From assembly GCA_964236935.1 (NCBI GenBank), contig CAXSHP010000003.1, positions 1 to 42,387 of the forward strand: 42,387 nucleotides of DNA, given 5' to 3'. Shown one piece after another: positions 1-9,490 of the stretch. This stretch comes from an uncultured Sphingomonadaceae bacterium. Its GTDB lineage: Bacteria > Pseudomonadota > Alphaproteobacteria > Sphingomonadales > Sphingomonadaceae. Positions within the stretch are counted from its first letter, which is position 1; each line of letters begins with the position of its first letter. The notes below the pieces were generated by a model. It made no database searches. It was not told where the DNA came from and saw only the letters and a list, made by a program, of their open reading frames with translations. The translations under genes were made by a program, and so were the position numbers.

Positions 1-45
1 CTCCACCATGCTGCGCATGGTCCCCCTCCCCGTTCCGGGGAGGAT
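1..45. repeat. Truncated REP-like palindromic element at the window edge
   Basis: Two adjacent hairpins, accatgc-tgc-gcatggt and ctcccc-gttcc-ggggag; the element appears to continue beyond the left edge. Confidence 0.55.
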
Positions 46-49
46 TTTC

Positions 50-775
50 GTGAACCTCACGATTTACCCCGCGATCGACCTCAAGGGCGGGCAGGTCGTT
101 CGCCTGGCCGAGGGCGATATGGCGCGCGCGACCGTCTATGGCGACGATCCCGCGGCGCAGGCGCGGCTGTTCGCCGAGGCCGGCGCCGATCATCTCCACG
201 TCGTGGATCTCGACGGCGCGTTCGCCGGGCGTGGGGTCAACTCCGCTGCGGTCGAAGCCATCGTCGCCGCCTTTCCCGGCCGGGTGCAGCTTGGCGGCGG
301 GATCAGGACGCGCGAGAATATTGCGCGCTGGCTCGCGCTCGGGGTCGATCGGGTGGTGATCGGCACCGCGGCGTTCGAGGAGCCCGCGCTGGTCCGCGCG
401 GCGGCGCGCGACCTGCCGGGGCGGATCGTCGTCGCGGTCGACGCGCGCGACGGGATGGTGGCGACGCGCGGCTGGGCCGACGTCTCGACCGTGCCGGTGG
501 CCCAGATGGCGGCACGCTTCGCCGATGCGGGGGTCGCCGCGCTGCTGTTCACCGACGTCGGGCGCGACGGGCTGCTCAAGGGGTGCAACGTCGCGGCGAC
601 GCTGGCGCTGGCGCGGAGCACGGCGATCCCGGTGATCGCGTCGGGCGGGGTCGCCGGGATCGCGGATATCGCGGCGCTCGCCGGGCAGCGGGGGATCGAA
701 GGGGTGATCACCGGGCGCGCGCTGTACGACGGGCGGCTCGATCTGGCCGAGGCGATCCGGGTGGGGCGATCGTGA
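50..775 (+). CDS. hisA: ProFAR isomerase HisA
   Basis: [37 protein letters not shown] and ASGG motifs. GTG start at 50 chosen because GGGAGGA lies just upstream. Confidence 0.96.
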   Translation: MNLTIYPAIDLKGGQVVRLAEGDMARATVYGDDPAAQARLFAEAGADHLHVVDLDGAFAGRGVNSAAVEAIVAAFPGRVQLGGGIRTRENIARWLALGVDRVVIGTAAFEEPALVRAAARDLPGRIVVAVDARDGMVATRGWADVSTVPVAQMAARFADAGVAALLFTDVGRDGLLKGCNVAATLALARSTAIPVIASGGVAGIADIAALAGQRGIEGVITGRALYDGRLDLAEAIRVGRS

Positions 776-815
776 GCAATTTCCGCTCGGGACAGCGGTG
801 TTTGGATGTATGGCG

Positions 816-1577
816 ATGACCGTCCGCACGCGGATCATTCCCTGTCTCGACGTCGCCGGGGGGCGGGTGGTCAAGGGCGTAAATTTCGTCGATCTCGCCG
901 ACGCCGGCGATCCGGTCGAGCAGGCGCGCGTCTATGATGCCGCCCAGGCCGACGAATTGTGCTTCCTCGACATCACCGCGAGCCACGAGGGGCGCGGCAC
1001 GATCCTCGACGTCGTCGCGCGCACCGCGGCGGTGTGCTTCATGCCGCTGACGGTCGGCGGCGGGGTGCGTACGGTCGAGGACGGGCGCGCGCTGCTGCTC
1101 GCCGGGGCGGACAAGGTCGCGGTCAATTCGGCGGCGGTGGCGCGGCCCGCGCTGGTCGCCGATCTCGCGACGCGCTTCGGCAGCCAGTGCGTCGTCGGCG
1201 CGATCGACGCGCGCGCGACGGGCAAAGGGCGGTGGGAGGTATTCACCCATGGCGGGCGCCACCCGACCGGGATCGATGCGCTGGCGCACGCGGTCCACCT
1301 CGCCAGCCTCGGCGCGGGCGAGCTGCTGGTCACCTCGATGGACCGTGACGGCACGCGCGACGGCTACGATCTCGCGCTGACCCGCGCGATCGCAGATGCG
1401 GTTGCGGTGCCGGTGATCGCCAGCGGCGGGGTCGGGACACTCGACGATCTCGTCGCGGGGGTGGTCGAGGGGCATGCCAGCGCGGTGCTCGCCGCGTCGA
1501 TCTTCCATTTCGGGCGGCACAGCATCGCCGAAGCGCGCGCCGCGCTTGCCGGGGCGGGGCTCGCCGTGCGCGGCTGA
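816..1577 (+). CDS. hisF: Imidazole glycerol phosphate synthase cyclase subunit HisF
   Basis: [35 protein letters not shown] and LAASIFH motifs. Confidence 0.97.
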   Translation: MTVRTRIIPCLDVAGGRVVKGVNFVDLADAGDPVEQARVYDAAQADELCFLDITASHEGRGTILDVVARTAAVCFMPLTVGGGVRTVEDGRALLLAGADKVAVNSAAVARPALVADLATRFGSQCVVGAIDARATGKGRWEVFTHGGRHPTGIDALAHAVHLASLGAGELLVTSMDRDGTRDGYDLALTRAIADAVAVPVIASGGVGTLDDLVAGVVEGHASAVLAASIFHFGRHSIAEARAALAGAGLAVRG

Positions 1578-1666
1578 GGGTTAACGTCGAACCGCTTTAC
1601 ATTAACTATTTTGCGAAAATCACCATTAACCAACGACATCGGCGGTGTACGCCGCTTGGGCGCAAC

Positions 1667-1682
1667 TGGCAGGCTCCTTGCT
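1667..1682 (+). promoter_or_regulatory. Sigma54 (-24/-12) promoter
   Basis: TGGCAG-GCTCC-TTGCT matches TGGCAC-N5-TTGC with exact GG/GC spacing. It ends 35 nt before the ATG at 1718 and follows an AT-rich tract at 1581-1630. Confidence 0.7.
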
Positions 1683-1717
1683 CCTCAGGGACAAAGACGT
1701 TCCGAAGGGCCTGTTCG

Positions 1718-1891
1718 ATGTCGCTATCGCGTTTTGCCGTTCCCGTGCTGCTCCTGATCGCCGCTGCCCCCGCCTGGGCGGTGGCCGGTGCGCCGGTGCC
1801 GCAGCCGGCGGATTTCGCCTTGTTCGCCGCCGGCGTGGCGGGCGTGCTGATCGGCCGCCGCGGCGCGCGGATACGCCGCCGCATCGACTGA
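1718..1891 (+). CDS. 57-aa protein: signal peptide plus PEP-CTERM-like sorting domain (not in ORF track)
   Basis: Manual translation MSLSRFAVPVLLLIAAAPAWAVAGAPVPQPADFALFAAGVAGVLIGRRGARIRRRID: signal peptide ending AWA, VPQP motif, hydrophobic helix, Arg-rich tail. GAAGGG lies upstream. Confidence 0.8.
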   Translation: MSLSRFAVPVLLLIAAAPAWAVAGAPVPQPADFALFAAGVAGVLIGRRGARIRRRID

Positions 1892-1942
1892 ACCCGGCAC
1901 AGCCGGTTGACCGCGCCGCCGCCCCGGCCCCATGGAGCGCCG

Positions 1943-2263
1943 ATGGCCGGGACGCTCGAACGACTGGAACAGGTGATCGCGGCGCGGCGCACGGCCGATC
2001 CCGCAGCCTCCTACGTCGCCAAACTGTTTGCCGCGGGCCGGCCGAAGATCGCGCAGAAGCTCGGCGAGGAGGCGGTCGAGACGGTGATCGCCGCGCTCGG
2101 ATCGGAGAGCGAGGCGCTGACCGACGAAGCCGCGGATCTGCTGTTCCATCTGCTCGTGCTGCTCGCCGACGCGGGCATACCGCTGGCCGACGTCCTTGCC
2201 GAGCTCGATCGCCGCGAGGGCGTTTCGGGCATCGCCGAGAAAGCCGCGCGCGCGGAGCGCTGA
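1943..2263 (+). CDS. hisE: Phosphoribosyl-ATP pyrophosphatase HisE
   Basis: SYVAKLF, KLGEEAVE, EAADLLFHLLVLL and REGVSGIAEK motifs; his-cluster context. Confidence 0.95.
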   Translation: MAGTLERLEQVIAARRTADPAASYVAKLFAAGRPKIAQKLGEEAVETVIAALGSESEALTDEAADLLFHLLVLLADAGIPLADVLAELDRREGVSGIAEKAARAER

Positions 2264-2265
2264 CG

Positions 2266-2643
2266 ATGCCGATCGACGCCACCTTGCCCTATGATGACGG
2301 CAATATCTTCGCGCGGATCCTGCGCGGCGAGATCCCGGCGAACAAGGTGTACGAGGACGAGCACGCGCTCGCCTTCCACGACATCGCCCCGCAGGCGCCG
2401 ACCCATATCCTGGTGATCCCCAAGGGCGCCTTCGTCTCGTGGGACGATTTCTCCGCGCGCGGCAGCGACGCCGAGATCGCCGGCTTCGTCCGTGCGGTCG
2501 GCGAGGTCGCGCGCGCGCAGGGGCTGGTCGCGCCGGGCTATCGCCTGCTCGCCAATGTCGGCGGGCATGGCGGACAGGAGGTGCCGCACCTTCATGTCCA
2601 TCTGTTCGGCGGGCGCGGGCTCGGGCCGATGCTCGCGCGCTAA
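2266..2643 (+). CDS. Histidine triad (HIT/HinT) nucleotide-binding protein
   Basis: NIFARILRGEIP, DIAPQAPTH and GQEVPHLHVH (HxHxH) motifs; C-terminal part of track ORF 1645..2643. Confidence 0.93.
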   Translation: MPIDATLPYDDGNIFARILRGEIPANKVYEDEHALAFHDIAPQAPTHILVIPKGAFVSWDDFSARGSDAEIAGFVRAVGEVARAQGLVAPGYRLLANVGGHGGQEVPHLHVHLFGGRGLGPMLAR

Positions 2644-2709
2644 TCGGTTGCGCGGGCGGCGATAGCGGCTAGGTTCGCGTCAAGACGGCGCCGCGCGGGG
2701 GACAATTCC

Positions 2710-4305
2710 ATGATTTTCGATCGCATCAAGTCGCTCGATGCTATCCTGTTGACGGCCGAAAAGAAGGGCCTGCAGCGCTCGCTCGGTCCGTTCCAGCTGA
2801 CCATGCTCGGGATCGGCGCGGTGATCGGCACCGGCATCTTCGTGCTGACTTCGGAGGCGGCGCAGAAGGCCGGGCCGGGGATGCTGCTGAGCTTCGTCGT
2901 CGCGGGCTTCGTGTGCGCGGTGGCGGCGCTCTGCTATTCCGAGCTGGCGTCGATGGTGCCGGTGTCGGGATCGGCCTATACCTACACCTATGCGGTGACG
3001 GGCGAGCTGCTCGCGTGGATGGTCGGCTGGGCGCTGATCCTCGAATATGCGGTCGGCGCGAGCGCGGTCGCGGTCGGCTGGTCGAACCATGCGGTCGGGC
3101 TGCTCGAGGGCGCATTGGGCTTCGACTTTCCCAATGGCTTAAGCAACGGCGACGCGCTGATGGCGCATGTCCAATTGTGGTTCGGGGCGGATGCATCGCC
3201 CGATCTGGTCACGGCGACGCAGGTCGGCGGCTGGTTCAACCTGCCGGCGGTGATCGTCTCGATGTTCGTCACCTGGCTGCTGATCCTCGGCACGACCGAG
3301 AGCGCGCGGTTCAACGCCGTCCTCGTCGCGATCAAGATCGTGGCGCTGACCGCGTTCATCTTCCTCACCATCCCGGTGCTCAAGTCCGGCAATTTCCATC
3401 CGTTCATGCCGACCGGGTCGACCGGCGTGCTGGGCGCGGCGGCCTCGATCTTCTTCGCCTACGTCGGGTTCGACGCGGTCTCGACCGCGGCCGAGGAGAC
3501 CAAGAATCCCCAGCGCAACGTGCCGATCGGGCTGATCGGCAGCCTGTTCATCTGCACGATCTTCTATCTGCTGGTGGCATCGGGCGCGATCGGCGCGATC
3601 GGTGCGCAACCGGTGACCGCGGCGAACGGGGCATTGCTCTCGCCAGGCTCGCCCGAGCTGGTCGGCCGCTGCACGGCGATCGTCGCCGGCGGCGCGATCG
3701 AGCCGCTGGTCTGCTCGAAGGAGGCGCTGGTCCATGTGCTGCACACGATCGGCTGGGACAGGATCGCCAGCCTGGTCGGTCTCGCGGCGGTGCTCGCGCT
3801 GCCGTCGGTCGTGCTGATGATGATGTTCGGCCAGACGCGCGTGTTCTTCACGATGGCGCGCGACGGGCTGCTGCCGGACAGGCTGGCGAGCGTGCATCCC
3901 CGGTTCCACACCCCGCACGTCGTCACCGCGGTGACCGGCGTCGTCGTGACGATCGCCGCGGCGATCCTGCCGGTGGGCAAGCTCGCCGATTACTCGAATT
4001 CGGGGACGTTGTTCGCATTCATGATGGTGGCGATCTCGGTGCTGGTGCTGCGGCGGACCGATCCGGGGCGCCACCGGCCGTTCCGTACTCCGGGGGTGTG
4101 GATCGTCGCGCCGCTCGCGATCGTCGGCTGCATCGGGCTCTATTTCTCGCTGCCGTGGCTGGCGATCCTCGTGCTGCCGGTGTGGGGCGCGATCGGGCTG
4201 CTCGTCTATTTCCTCTACAGCCGCGGCCACAGCCACGTCGGACGCGGGCTGGCCGGGGTGACCGAAGACGATCCGGAAATCCCCCCGTTTCCGGGGGCGG
4301 CATAG
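2710..4305 (+). CDS. APC-family (cationic amino acid transporter-like) permease
   Basis: IGAVIGTGIF, YSELASMVPVSGSAY and FFAYVGFDAVSTAAEE motifs; many hydrophobic segments. Confidence 0.93.
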   Translation: MIFDRIKSLDAILLTAEKKGLQRSLGPFQLTMLGIGAVIGTGIFVLTSEAAQKAGPGMLLSFVVAGFVCAVAALCYSELASMVPVSGSAYTYTYAVTGELLAWMVGWALILEYAVGASAVAVGWSNHAVGLLEGALGFDFPNGLSNGDALMAHVQLWFGADASPDLVTATQVGGWFNLPAVIVSMFVTWLLILGTTESARFNAVLVAIKIVALTAFIFLTIPVLKSGNFHPFMPTGSTGVLGAAASIFFAYVGFDAVSTAAEETKNPQRNVPIGLIGSLFICTIFYLLVASGAIGAIGAQPVTAANGALLSPGSPELVGRCTAIVAGGAIEPLVCSKEALVHVLHTIGWDRIASLVGLAAVLALPSVVLMMMFGQTRVFFTMARDGLLPDRLASVHPRFHTPHVVTAVTGVVVTIAAAILPVGKLADYSNSGTLFAFMMVAISVLVLRRTDPGRHRPFRTPGVWIVAPLAIVGCIGLYFSLPWLAILVLPVWGAIGLLVYFLYSRGHSHVGRGLAGVTEDDPEIPPFPGAA

Positions 4306-4315
4306 GATAATACGC

Positions 4316-4411
4316 CCGTCACCCCGGCGAAAGCCGGGGTCCACGGATGGCGTCCGTTCTCAGCTTCAGTGGTTCCGTATCCATGGATCCCGGCTTTCGC
4401 CGGGATGACGG
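4316..4411. repeat. CGTC-type REP doublet, copy 1
   Basis: Inverted arms cgtcaccccggcgaaagccggggtcca and tggatcccggctttcgccgggatgacg, between convergent genes. Confidence 0.88.
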
Positions 4412-4433
4412 CGGTCAATTCCCATCAAATCGA

Positions 4434-5429
4434 TTACCCCAGCCGCGCCTTGACCAGCGCCGCGAGGTCGGCCTCCGGCCGCGCGCCAAAATGCGCGATG
4501 ATCTCGGCGGCGGCGATCGCGCCGATCGTCAGGCATTCGCCCACCGGCCGGCCGTGCGCATGGCCGGTGAGGAAGCCCGCGGCGAACAGGTCGCCCGCGC
4601 CGGTGGTGTCGACCACCTTGGCGACCGGCTCGGCGGGGACGCTGGTGCGCTCGCCCGACTGCACCGCGATCGCGCCTTGCGCGCTGCGCGTCACCACCAG
4701 CAGCGGGACATGCGCGGCCGTCGCCGCGACTGCCGCGTCGAAATCCTCGGCCTCGTTGAGCGAGAGGATCTCGGCCTCGTTGGCGAACAAGATGTCGATC
4801 TGGCCGCCTTCGATCAGCGCGCGGAAATCGGCGCGGTGGCGTGCGATGCAGAAGGCGTCGGACAGAGTGAACGCGACCTGGCGGCCCGCCCCCTTGGCCG
4901 CGGCGATCGCGGCGCGCATCGCCGCGCGCGGCTGCTCGGGATCCCACAGATAGCCCTCGAGATAGAGGATGGCGGCGCTGGCGATCAGGTCGCGGTCGAG
5001 CGCACTTTCGGTCAGATGCTGCGAGGCGCCGAGAAAGGTGTTCATCGTCCGCTGCGCGTCGGGGGTGACGAGGATCAGGCAGCGCGCGGTCGGCGGCTGC
5101 GGCGGGGCCGGCGGCGTGTCGAAACGCACGCCGAGCGCGCGGATGTCGTGCGCAAACACCTGGCCGAGCGGATCGTCGGCGACCTGGCCGATGAAGCCCG
5201 CGGTGCCGCCGAGCGCGGCGATGCCGGCGGCGGTGTTGGCCGCCGAGCCGCCGCTCGCCTCGATCCCGGTGCGCATCTCGCCGTAGAGCCGCTCGGCCTC
5301 GGCGGTGTCGATCAGGCGCATCGAGCCCTTGTCGAGCTGTTGCCGAGCGAGGAAGGCGTCGTCGGCCGAGGCGATGACGTCGACGATGGCGTTGCCGATG
5401 GCGAGGACGTCGAGGGTGGCAGCGGTCAC
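4434..5429 (-). CDS. PfkB-family carbohydrate kinase (adenosine kinase-like)
   Basis: IGNAIVD, GGSAANT, RTMNTFLGA, FANEAE and DTTGAGDLFAAGF motifs; GTG start estimated. Confidence 0.92.
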   Translation of the reverse strand: MTAATLDVLAIGNAIVDVIASADDAFLARQQLDKGSMRLIDTAEAERLYGEMRTGIEASGGSAANTAAGIAALGGTAGFIGQVADDPLGQVFAHDIRALGVRFDTPPAPPQPPTARCLILVTPDAQRTMNTFLGASQHLTESALDRDLIASAAILYLEGYLWDPEQPRAAMRAAIAAAKGAGRQVAFTLSDAFCIARHRADFRALIEGGQIDILFANEAEILSLNEAEDFDAAVAATAAHVPLLVVTRSAQGAIAVQSGERTSVPAEPVAKVVDTTGAGDLFAAGFLTGHAHGRPVGECLTIGAIAAAEIIAHFGARPEADLAALVKARLG

Positions 5430-5560
5430 TGGTGTCTCCGGACAAGGATGCGCGCGCCTAGCCGCCCGGAGGCGGCGGCGCAACCGCGGCGGGGCGAGCC
5501 GGGCGAGCGGCGGAGGGGCTTGCGGCGGGGCGGCGCGCATGGTCTTGGACGGCGATGGGG

Positions 5561-5926
5561 ATGATGCTTCGCCGCTGTGGCACGCTCGCGCTGGCGCTCG
5601 CTCTGTCTGCCTGCGCCGCCGTGCCGGGACCAAAGGCCGTCGCGCCGGTGGTGGTGCGGCCGCCGGTGGCGACGCCGGGGCTCGAGCGGGTGATCGGCCA
5701 GGACGCGCGGACGCTCGCGGCGTTGTTCGGCCCGGCGGATCAGGATCTGCGCGAGGGCGGCGCGCGGCGGCTCCAGTTCGTCGGCCCGGCATGCGTGCTC
5801 GACGCCTATCTCTATCCGCCGGCGGAGGGTCGCGAGCCGCTGGTCAGCTATGTCGACGCGCGGCTCCCCAATGGCGACGACTTCGATCGCGCGTCGTGCG
5901 TTGCGGCGCTGGTGCGCAGCAAGTGA
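5561..5926 (+). CDS. Hypothetical lipoprotein
   Basis: Lipobox LALSAC after a basic and hydrophobic leader; Pro/Val linker; two further Cys (PACVLD, ASCVAA). Confidence 0.75.
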   Translation: MMLRRCGTLALALALSACAAVPGPKAVAPVVVRPPVATPGLERVIGQDARTLAALFGPADQDLREGGARRLQFVGPACVLDAYLYPPAEGREPLVSYVDARLPNGDDFDRASCVAALVRSK

Positions 5927-5932
5927 GAGAAC

Positions 5933-7183
5933 TCATGCCGGACTGTTCGGCGCCTGCTTCCTTGGATCCGAGGCCGTCTGTGTCCCCGCGCAGGCGGGGA
6001 CCCAGTCTGGGCTCCCGCCTTCGCGGGAGCACAATGAGGCGTTTCGAGGAGCGGCCCATTCGCGTTCCACCGCTCGATCCTCTTCCCGGACGAGCCTGAT
6101 TGTCCGCTCGCCTTCAAATCGCTCCCGGTCGAGCCGCTCGAGCGCCCACACCGCCGCACCGCGCACCAGCGGTGAGGGATCGTCGAGCAACCCCGCCACC
6201 TGCTCGACCAGCGCATCGTCGCGCTCGTTGCCGGCGGCGATCAGGGCGTTGCGGACCATCCGGTCGCGGCCGATGCGCTTGATCGGCGAGCCGGCGAACA
6301 CCTGGCGGAAGCTCGCGTCGTCGAGCGCGAGCAGATCGGCGAGCGCGGGGGCGGCGAGCTCGGCGCGGGGGAGCAGCGCCCGGTGCGCGGCAGCCTTTGC
6401 GGCGAACTTGTTCCACGGGCAGACCGCGAGGCAATCGTCGCAGCCGTAGACGCGGTTGCCGATCGCGGCGCGGAATTCGGCGGGGATCGGGCCTTTGTGC
6501 TCGATCGTGAGGTAGGAGATGCAGCGGCGCGCATCGAGCCGGTAGGGCGCGGGGAAAGCGTCGGTCGGGCAGGCGGCCTGGCAGGCGTCGCATGAGCCGC
6601 AGGTGCTCGCCGCGGGCGGATCGGGCGGCAGCGCGAGGTTGGTGAAGATCGATCCGAGCAGCAGCCAGCTGCCGTGCGTGCGGCTGACGAGATTGCTGTG
6701 CTTGCCCTGCCAGCCGAGGCCGGCGGCCTGCCCAAGCGGCTTTTCCATCACCGGCGCGGTATCGACGAACACCTTGAGTTCGCCGCCGCCCTCGGCGACC
6801 AGCCAGCGCGCGAGCGCCTTGAGCGCCTTTTTGACGACGTCGTGATAGTCGGCGCCTTGCGCATAGGCCGAGATCCGGCCGATGCCGGGCTCGGCGGCGA
6901 GGCGTAACGGGTCGTCCGCCGGGGCATAGCTCATGCCGAGCATGATCAGCGAGCGCGCCTCGGGCCACAGCGCGGCGGGCGAGCCGCGCCGCTCGGCGGT
7001 GTCGGCCATCCACGCCATCTCGCCGTGCGCGCCCTCGGCGAGCCAGTGCGCGAGGCGGCCCGCGGTCTCGGGCGCGGCGTCGGCGCGCGCGATCCGGCAA
7101 TCGGCGAAGCCGAGCGCGGCGGCCTCGGCCTTGAGGCGTTGCGTCAACGACTTGTTGGCATTGTCGTGCGATGACGGGGTCAT
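5933..7183 (-). CDS. queG: Epoxyqueuosine reductase QueG
   Basis: [44 protein letters not shown] and [13 protein letters not shown] motifs plus a C-terminal HEAT-like segment; start approximate. Confidence 0.94.
   Translation of the reverse strand: MTPSSHDNANKSLTQRLKAEAAALGFADCRIARADAAPETAGRLAHWLAEGAHGEMAWMADTAERRGSPAALWPEARSLIMLGMSYAPADDPLRLAAEPGIGRISAYAQGADYHDVVKKALKALARWLVAEGGGELKVFVDTAPVMEKPLGQAAGLGWQGKHSNLVSRTHGSWLLLGSIFTNLALPPDPPAASTCGSCDACQAACPTDAFPAPYRLDARRCISYLTIEHKGPIPAEFRAAIGNRVYGCDDCLAVCPWNKFAAKAAAHRALLPRAELAAPALADLLALDDASFRQVFAGSPIKRIGRDRMVRNALIAAGNERDDALVEQVAGLLDDPSPLVRGAAVWALERLDRERFEGERTIRLVREEDRAVEREWAAPRNASLCSREGGSPDWVPACAGTQTASDPRKQAPNSPA
5979..6033. repeat. Compact REP doublet inside the 3' end of the queG reading frame
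   Basis: tgtgtccccgcgcaggcggggacccag-t-ctgggctcccgccttcgcgggagcaca: two inverted hairpin arms. Confidence 0.8.
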
Positions 7184-7206
7184 GTGCATCGGATATCTGA
7201 ACTCTA

Positions 7207-7273
7207 CGCTTTGTCGAGCGAAGTCGAGACACGTTCCACGGTCGAACGTCCCTCGACCTCGCTTGGGACAGCG
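7207..7273. repeat. Degenerate REP doublet of the GAG...TCGA type
   Basis: 27-nt arms at 7207-7233 and 7247-7273 are inverted (20/27 identical by manual count). Each arm keeps its own closing stem (tgtc/gaca and gtccc/gggac). Confidence 0.7.
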
Positions 7274-7285
7274 GGAGCCGAGATC

Positions 7286-8224
7286 TTGACCGATGATATC
7301 GCCATCACCGCCACGGGGCTGGTCAAGCGCTTCGCCGGCAAGCAGGCGGTCGACGGGATCGATCTCGCGGTGCCGGCGGGGAGCATCTACGGCATCCTCG
7401 GCCCCAATGGCGCGGGCAAGACGACGCTGCTGCGGATGCTGCTCGGCATCCTCGATCCCGACGGCGGCGAGCGCTGCGTGCTCGGCGAGGCGCAGCCGCT
7501 GCGTGCGGCCAAAAGGATCGGCTATCTGCCCGAGGAGCGCGGGCTCTATCCGGCGATGGCGGCGCGCGAGGCGATCGCGTTCATGGGCAATCTGCGCGGG
7601 CTGCCGCTCGCCGAGGGGCGGGTGCGGGCCGATCGGCTGCTGGCCGACCACGGGCTCGCCGATGCGGCCAGGCGACCGATCCGGACTTTATCGAAAGGCA
7701 TGGCGCAGACCGTGCAGCTGCTCGGCACGATCATCCATGCACCCCGCCTGATCGTGCTCGACGAGCCGTTCTCTGGGCTCGATGCGCTCAACCAGGGGCG
7801 GCTCGAGACTTTGATCCGGGCGCAGGCGGCGGGCGGCGCGACGATCCTGTTCTCGACCCACGTGATCGCCCACGCCGAGCGGCTGTGCGAGCGGATCGCG
7901 ATCATCGCCGCGGGACGGATCCGCTTCGAGGGCGGGGTCGAGGAGGCGCGCGGACGGCTGCGGCCGCAGGTGCGGCTGCGCACGCGCGAAGCCGGCGGCG
8001 CGTGGCGCGAGGCCTTCCCGGCCGGCACCAAGTCGGTCGACGGCATCTGGCGGTTCGAATTGCCGCTGTCGGGGATCGAGCCGATCCTCGAGGCGCTGAT
8101 CGCGGGCGGGGCGGGGATCGAGGATCTGTCGATCGAGCGCCCCGGATTGCACGACGCGTTCGTCGCGATCGCCGGCGAGGCGGCGGCGCGCGATCTCGCC
8201 ACCAGCGCAAGAGAGCCGGCATGA
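7286..8224 (+). CDS. ABC-2 transporter ATP-binding subunit (NatA-like)
   Basis: Walker [19 protein letters not shown], signature LSKGM, Walker [13 protein letters not shown] start estimated from an upstream GGGAG. Confidence 0.9.
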   Translation: MTDDIAITATGLVKRFAGKQAVDGIDLAVPAGSIYGILGPNGAGKTTLLRMLLGILDPDGGERCVLGEAQPLRAAKRIGYLPEERGLYPAMAAREAIAFMGNLRGLPLAEGRVRADRLLADHGLADAARRPIRTLSKGMAQTVQLLGTIIHAPRLIVLDEPFSGLDALNQGRLETLIRAQAAGGATILFSTHVIAHAERLCERIAIIAAGRIRFEGGVEEARGRLRPQVRLRTREAGGAWREAFPAGTKSVDGIWRFELPLSGIEPILEALIAGGAGIEDLSIERPGLHDAFVAIAGEAAARDLATSAREPA

Positions 8225-9432
8225 ACGAGCTGATCCGCGCGGCGCTGGTGATCGCCCGGCGCGATTATATCGCGACGGTCTGGTCGAAGACGTTCGTCCT
8301 GTTCCTCATCGGGCCGCTGTTTCCGATCCTGTTCGCAGGCATATTCGGCAGCGTCGGCGCCGGGGTCGATCGCGATCCGGCGCGGCTCCCGGTCGCGGTG
8401 ATCGCCGACGCCGGGCAGGGCCAGGCGATCTCGGCGGCGCGTGAGCGCCTCGCTACGCGGCTGGGAGGCGACGCGCTGCCCGCGCTCCATATCGTCGCGC
8501 CCGAAGGATTGGACGAGGCGCAGGCACGCCACTTGCTGGCGGAGAGCGGCGTCGGCGCGGTGCTGATTCCGCAGGCCGGCGGCGCGAAGCTGTTCGGCGA
8601 GCCGGGCGCGATCGAGGGGGTGTCCGGGCGATTGGCGCTGCTGCTCGACGAGGTGTCGCGCACGCGGGCGCTGGCGGGATCGGGCTGGGCGCCGGCGACG
8701 ATGTTGCCGCATGCCGTCGCGCCGCCGCCGAGCGCGAGCGGCGTCGACCGGCGCACGACCGCGCGGGTCGGGCAGTTGCTGCTCGTCGTGCTGACGATGA
8801 TCCTCGCGGGCATGCTGCTGTCCAATCTGATCGAGGAGAAATCGAACAAGGTGATCGAGGTGCTCGCCGCCGCGGTGCCGGTCGACGCGATCTTCGTCGG
8901 CAAGCTGATCGCGATGCTCGGCATGTCGCTGACCGGGATCGCAGTCTGGTCCGGCGTGGCGACGCTCGGCTTCCTCGCCCTGAGCGCTGCCGGGGTGGTG
9001 CCGCCCGGCTTCGCGCTGCCCGTGCCGGCGCTCGGCTGGCCGGCGTTCGTCGCGCTCGGCATTGTCTATTTCACCGCTTCCTATCTGCTGCTCGGCGCGG
9101 TGTTCCTCGGGATCGGCGCGCAGGCCTCGACGGTGCGCGAGGTGCAGACCTTGTCGATGCCGGTGACGATGGGGCAGCTCGTCGTGTTCGGCTTCGCCTC
9201 GTCGGCGGTGAGCGATCCGGGCGGCGTCGTCGCGCGGGCGGCGGCGGTGTTTCCGTGGAGCTCGCCGTTCGTGATGCTCGCGCGCGCCGCGACCGACGGC
9301 GCGTGGTGGCCGCATCCGCTGGCGATGCTGTGGCAGGCGGCGTGGATCGTGATCATCGTCCGCTTCGCCGCCGGGCGCTTCCGCCGCTCGGTGCTCAACG
9401 TGCGCACCGCGCCGGCCCGGCGGAGGCGCTGA
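8221..9432 (+). CDS. ABC-2 transporter permease (NatB-like)
   Basis: ATGA overlap with the ATPase; EEKSNKVIEVL and GKL motifs; several TM segments. Confidence 0.88.
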   Translation: MNELIRAALVIARRDYIATVWSKTFVLFLIGPLFPILFAGIFGSVGAGVDRDPARLPVAVIADAGQGQAISAARERLATRLGGDALPALHIVAPEGLDEAQARHLLAESGVGAVLIPQAGGAKLFGEPGAIEGVSGRLALLLDEVSRTRALAGSGWAPATMLPHAVAPPPSASGVDRRTTARVGQLLLVVLTMILAGMLLSNLIEEKSNKVIEVLAAAVPVDAIFVGKLIAMLGMSLTGIAVWSGVATLGFLALSAAGVVPPGFALPVPALGWPAFVALGIVYFTASYLLLGAVFLGIGAQASTVREVQTLSMPVTMGQLVVFGFASSAVSDPGGVVARAAAVFPWSSPFVMLARAATDGAWWPHPLAMLWQAAWIVIIVRFAAGRFRRSVLNVRTAPARRRR

Positions 9433-9490
9433 TCCGTCCATTGCCGGTTCAGTCGCGCGCGAGCATAAGGCACTGGAACGGAGAGACGAT

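Noticed and set aside
1645-2265. Long N-terminal extension of the HIT ORF
   Set aside because: It overlaps the micro-protein and hisE in other frames and has low-complexity Arg/Gly composition.
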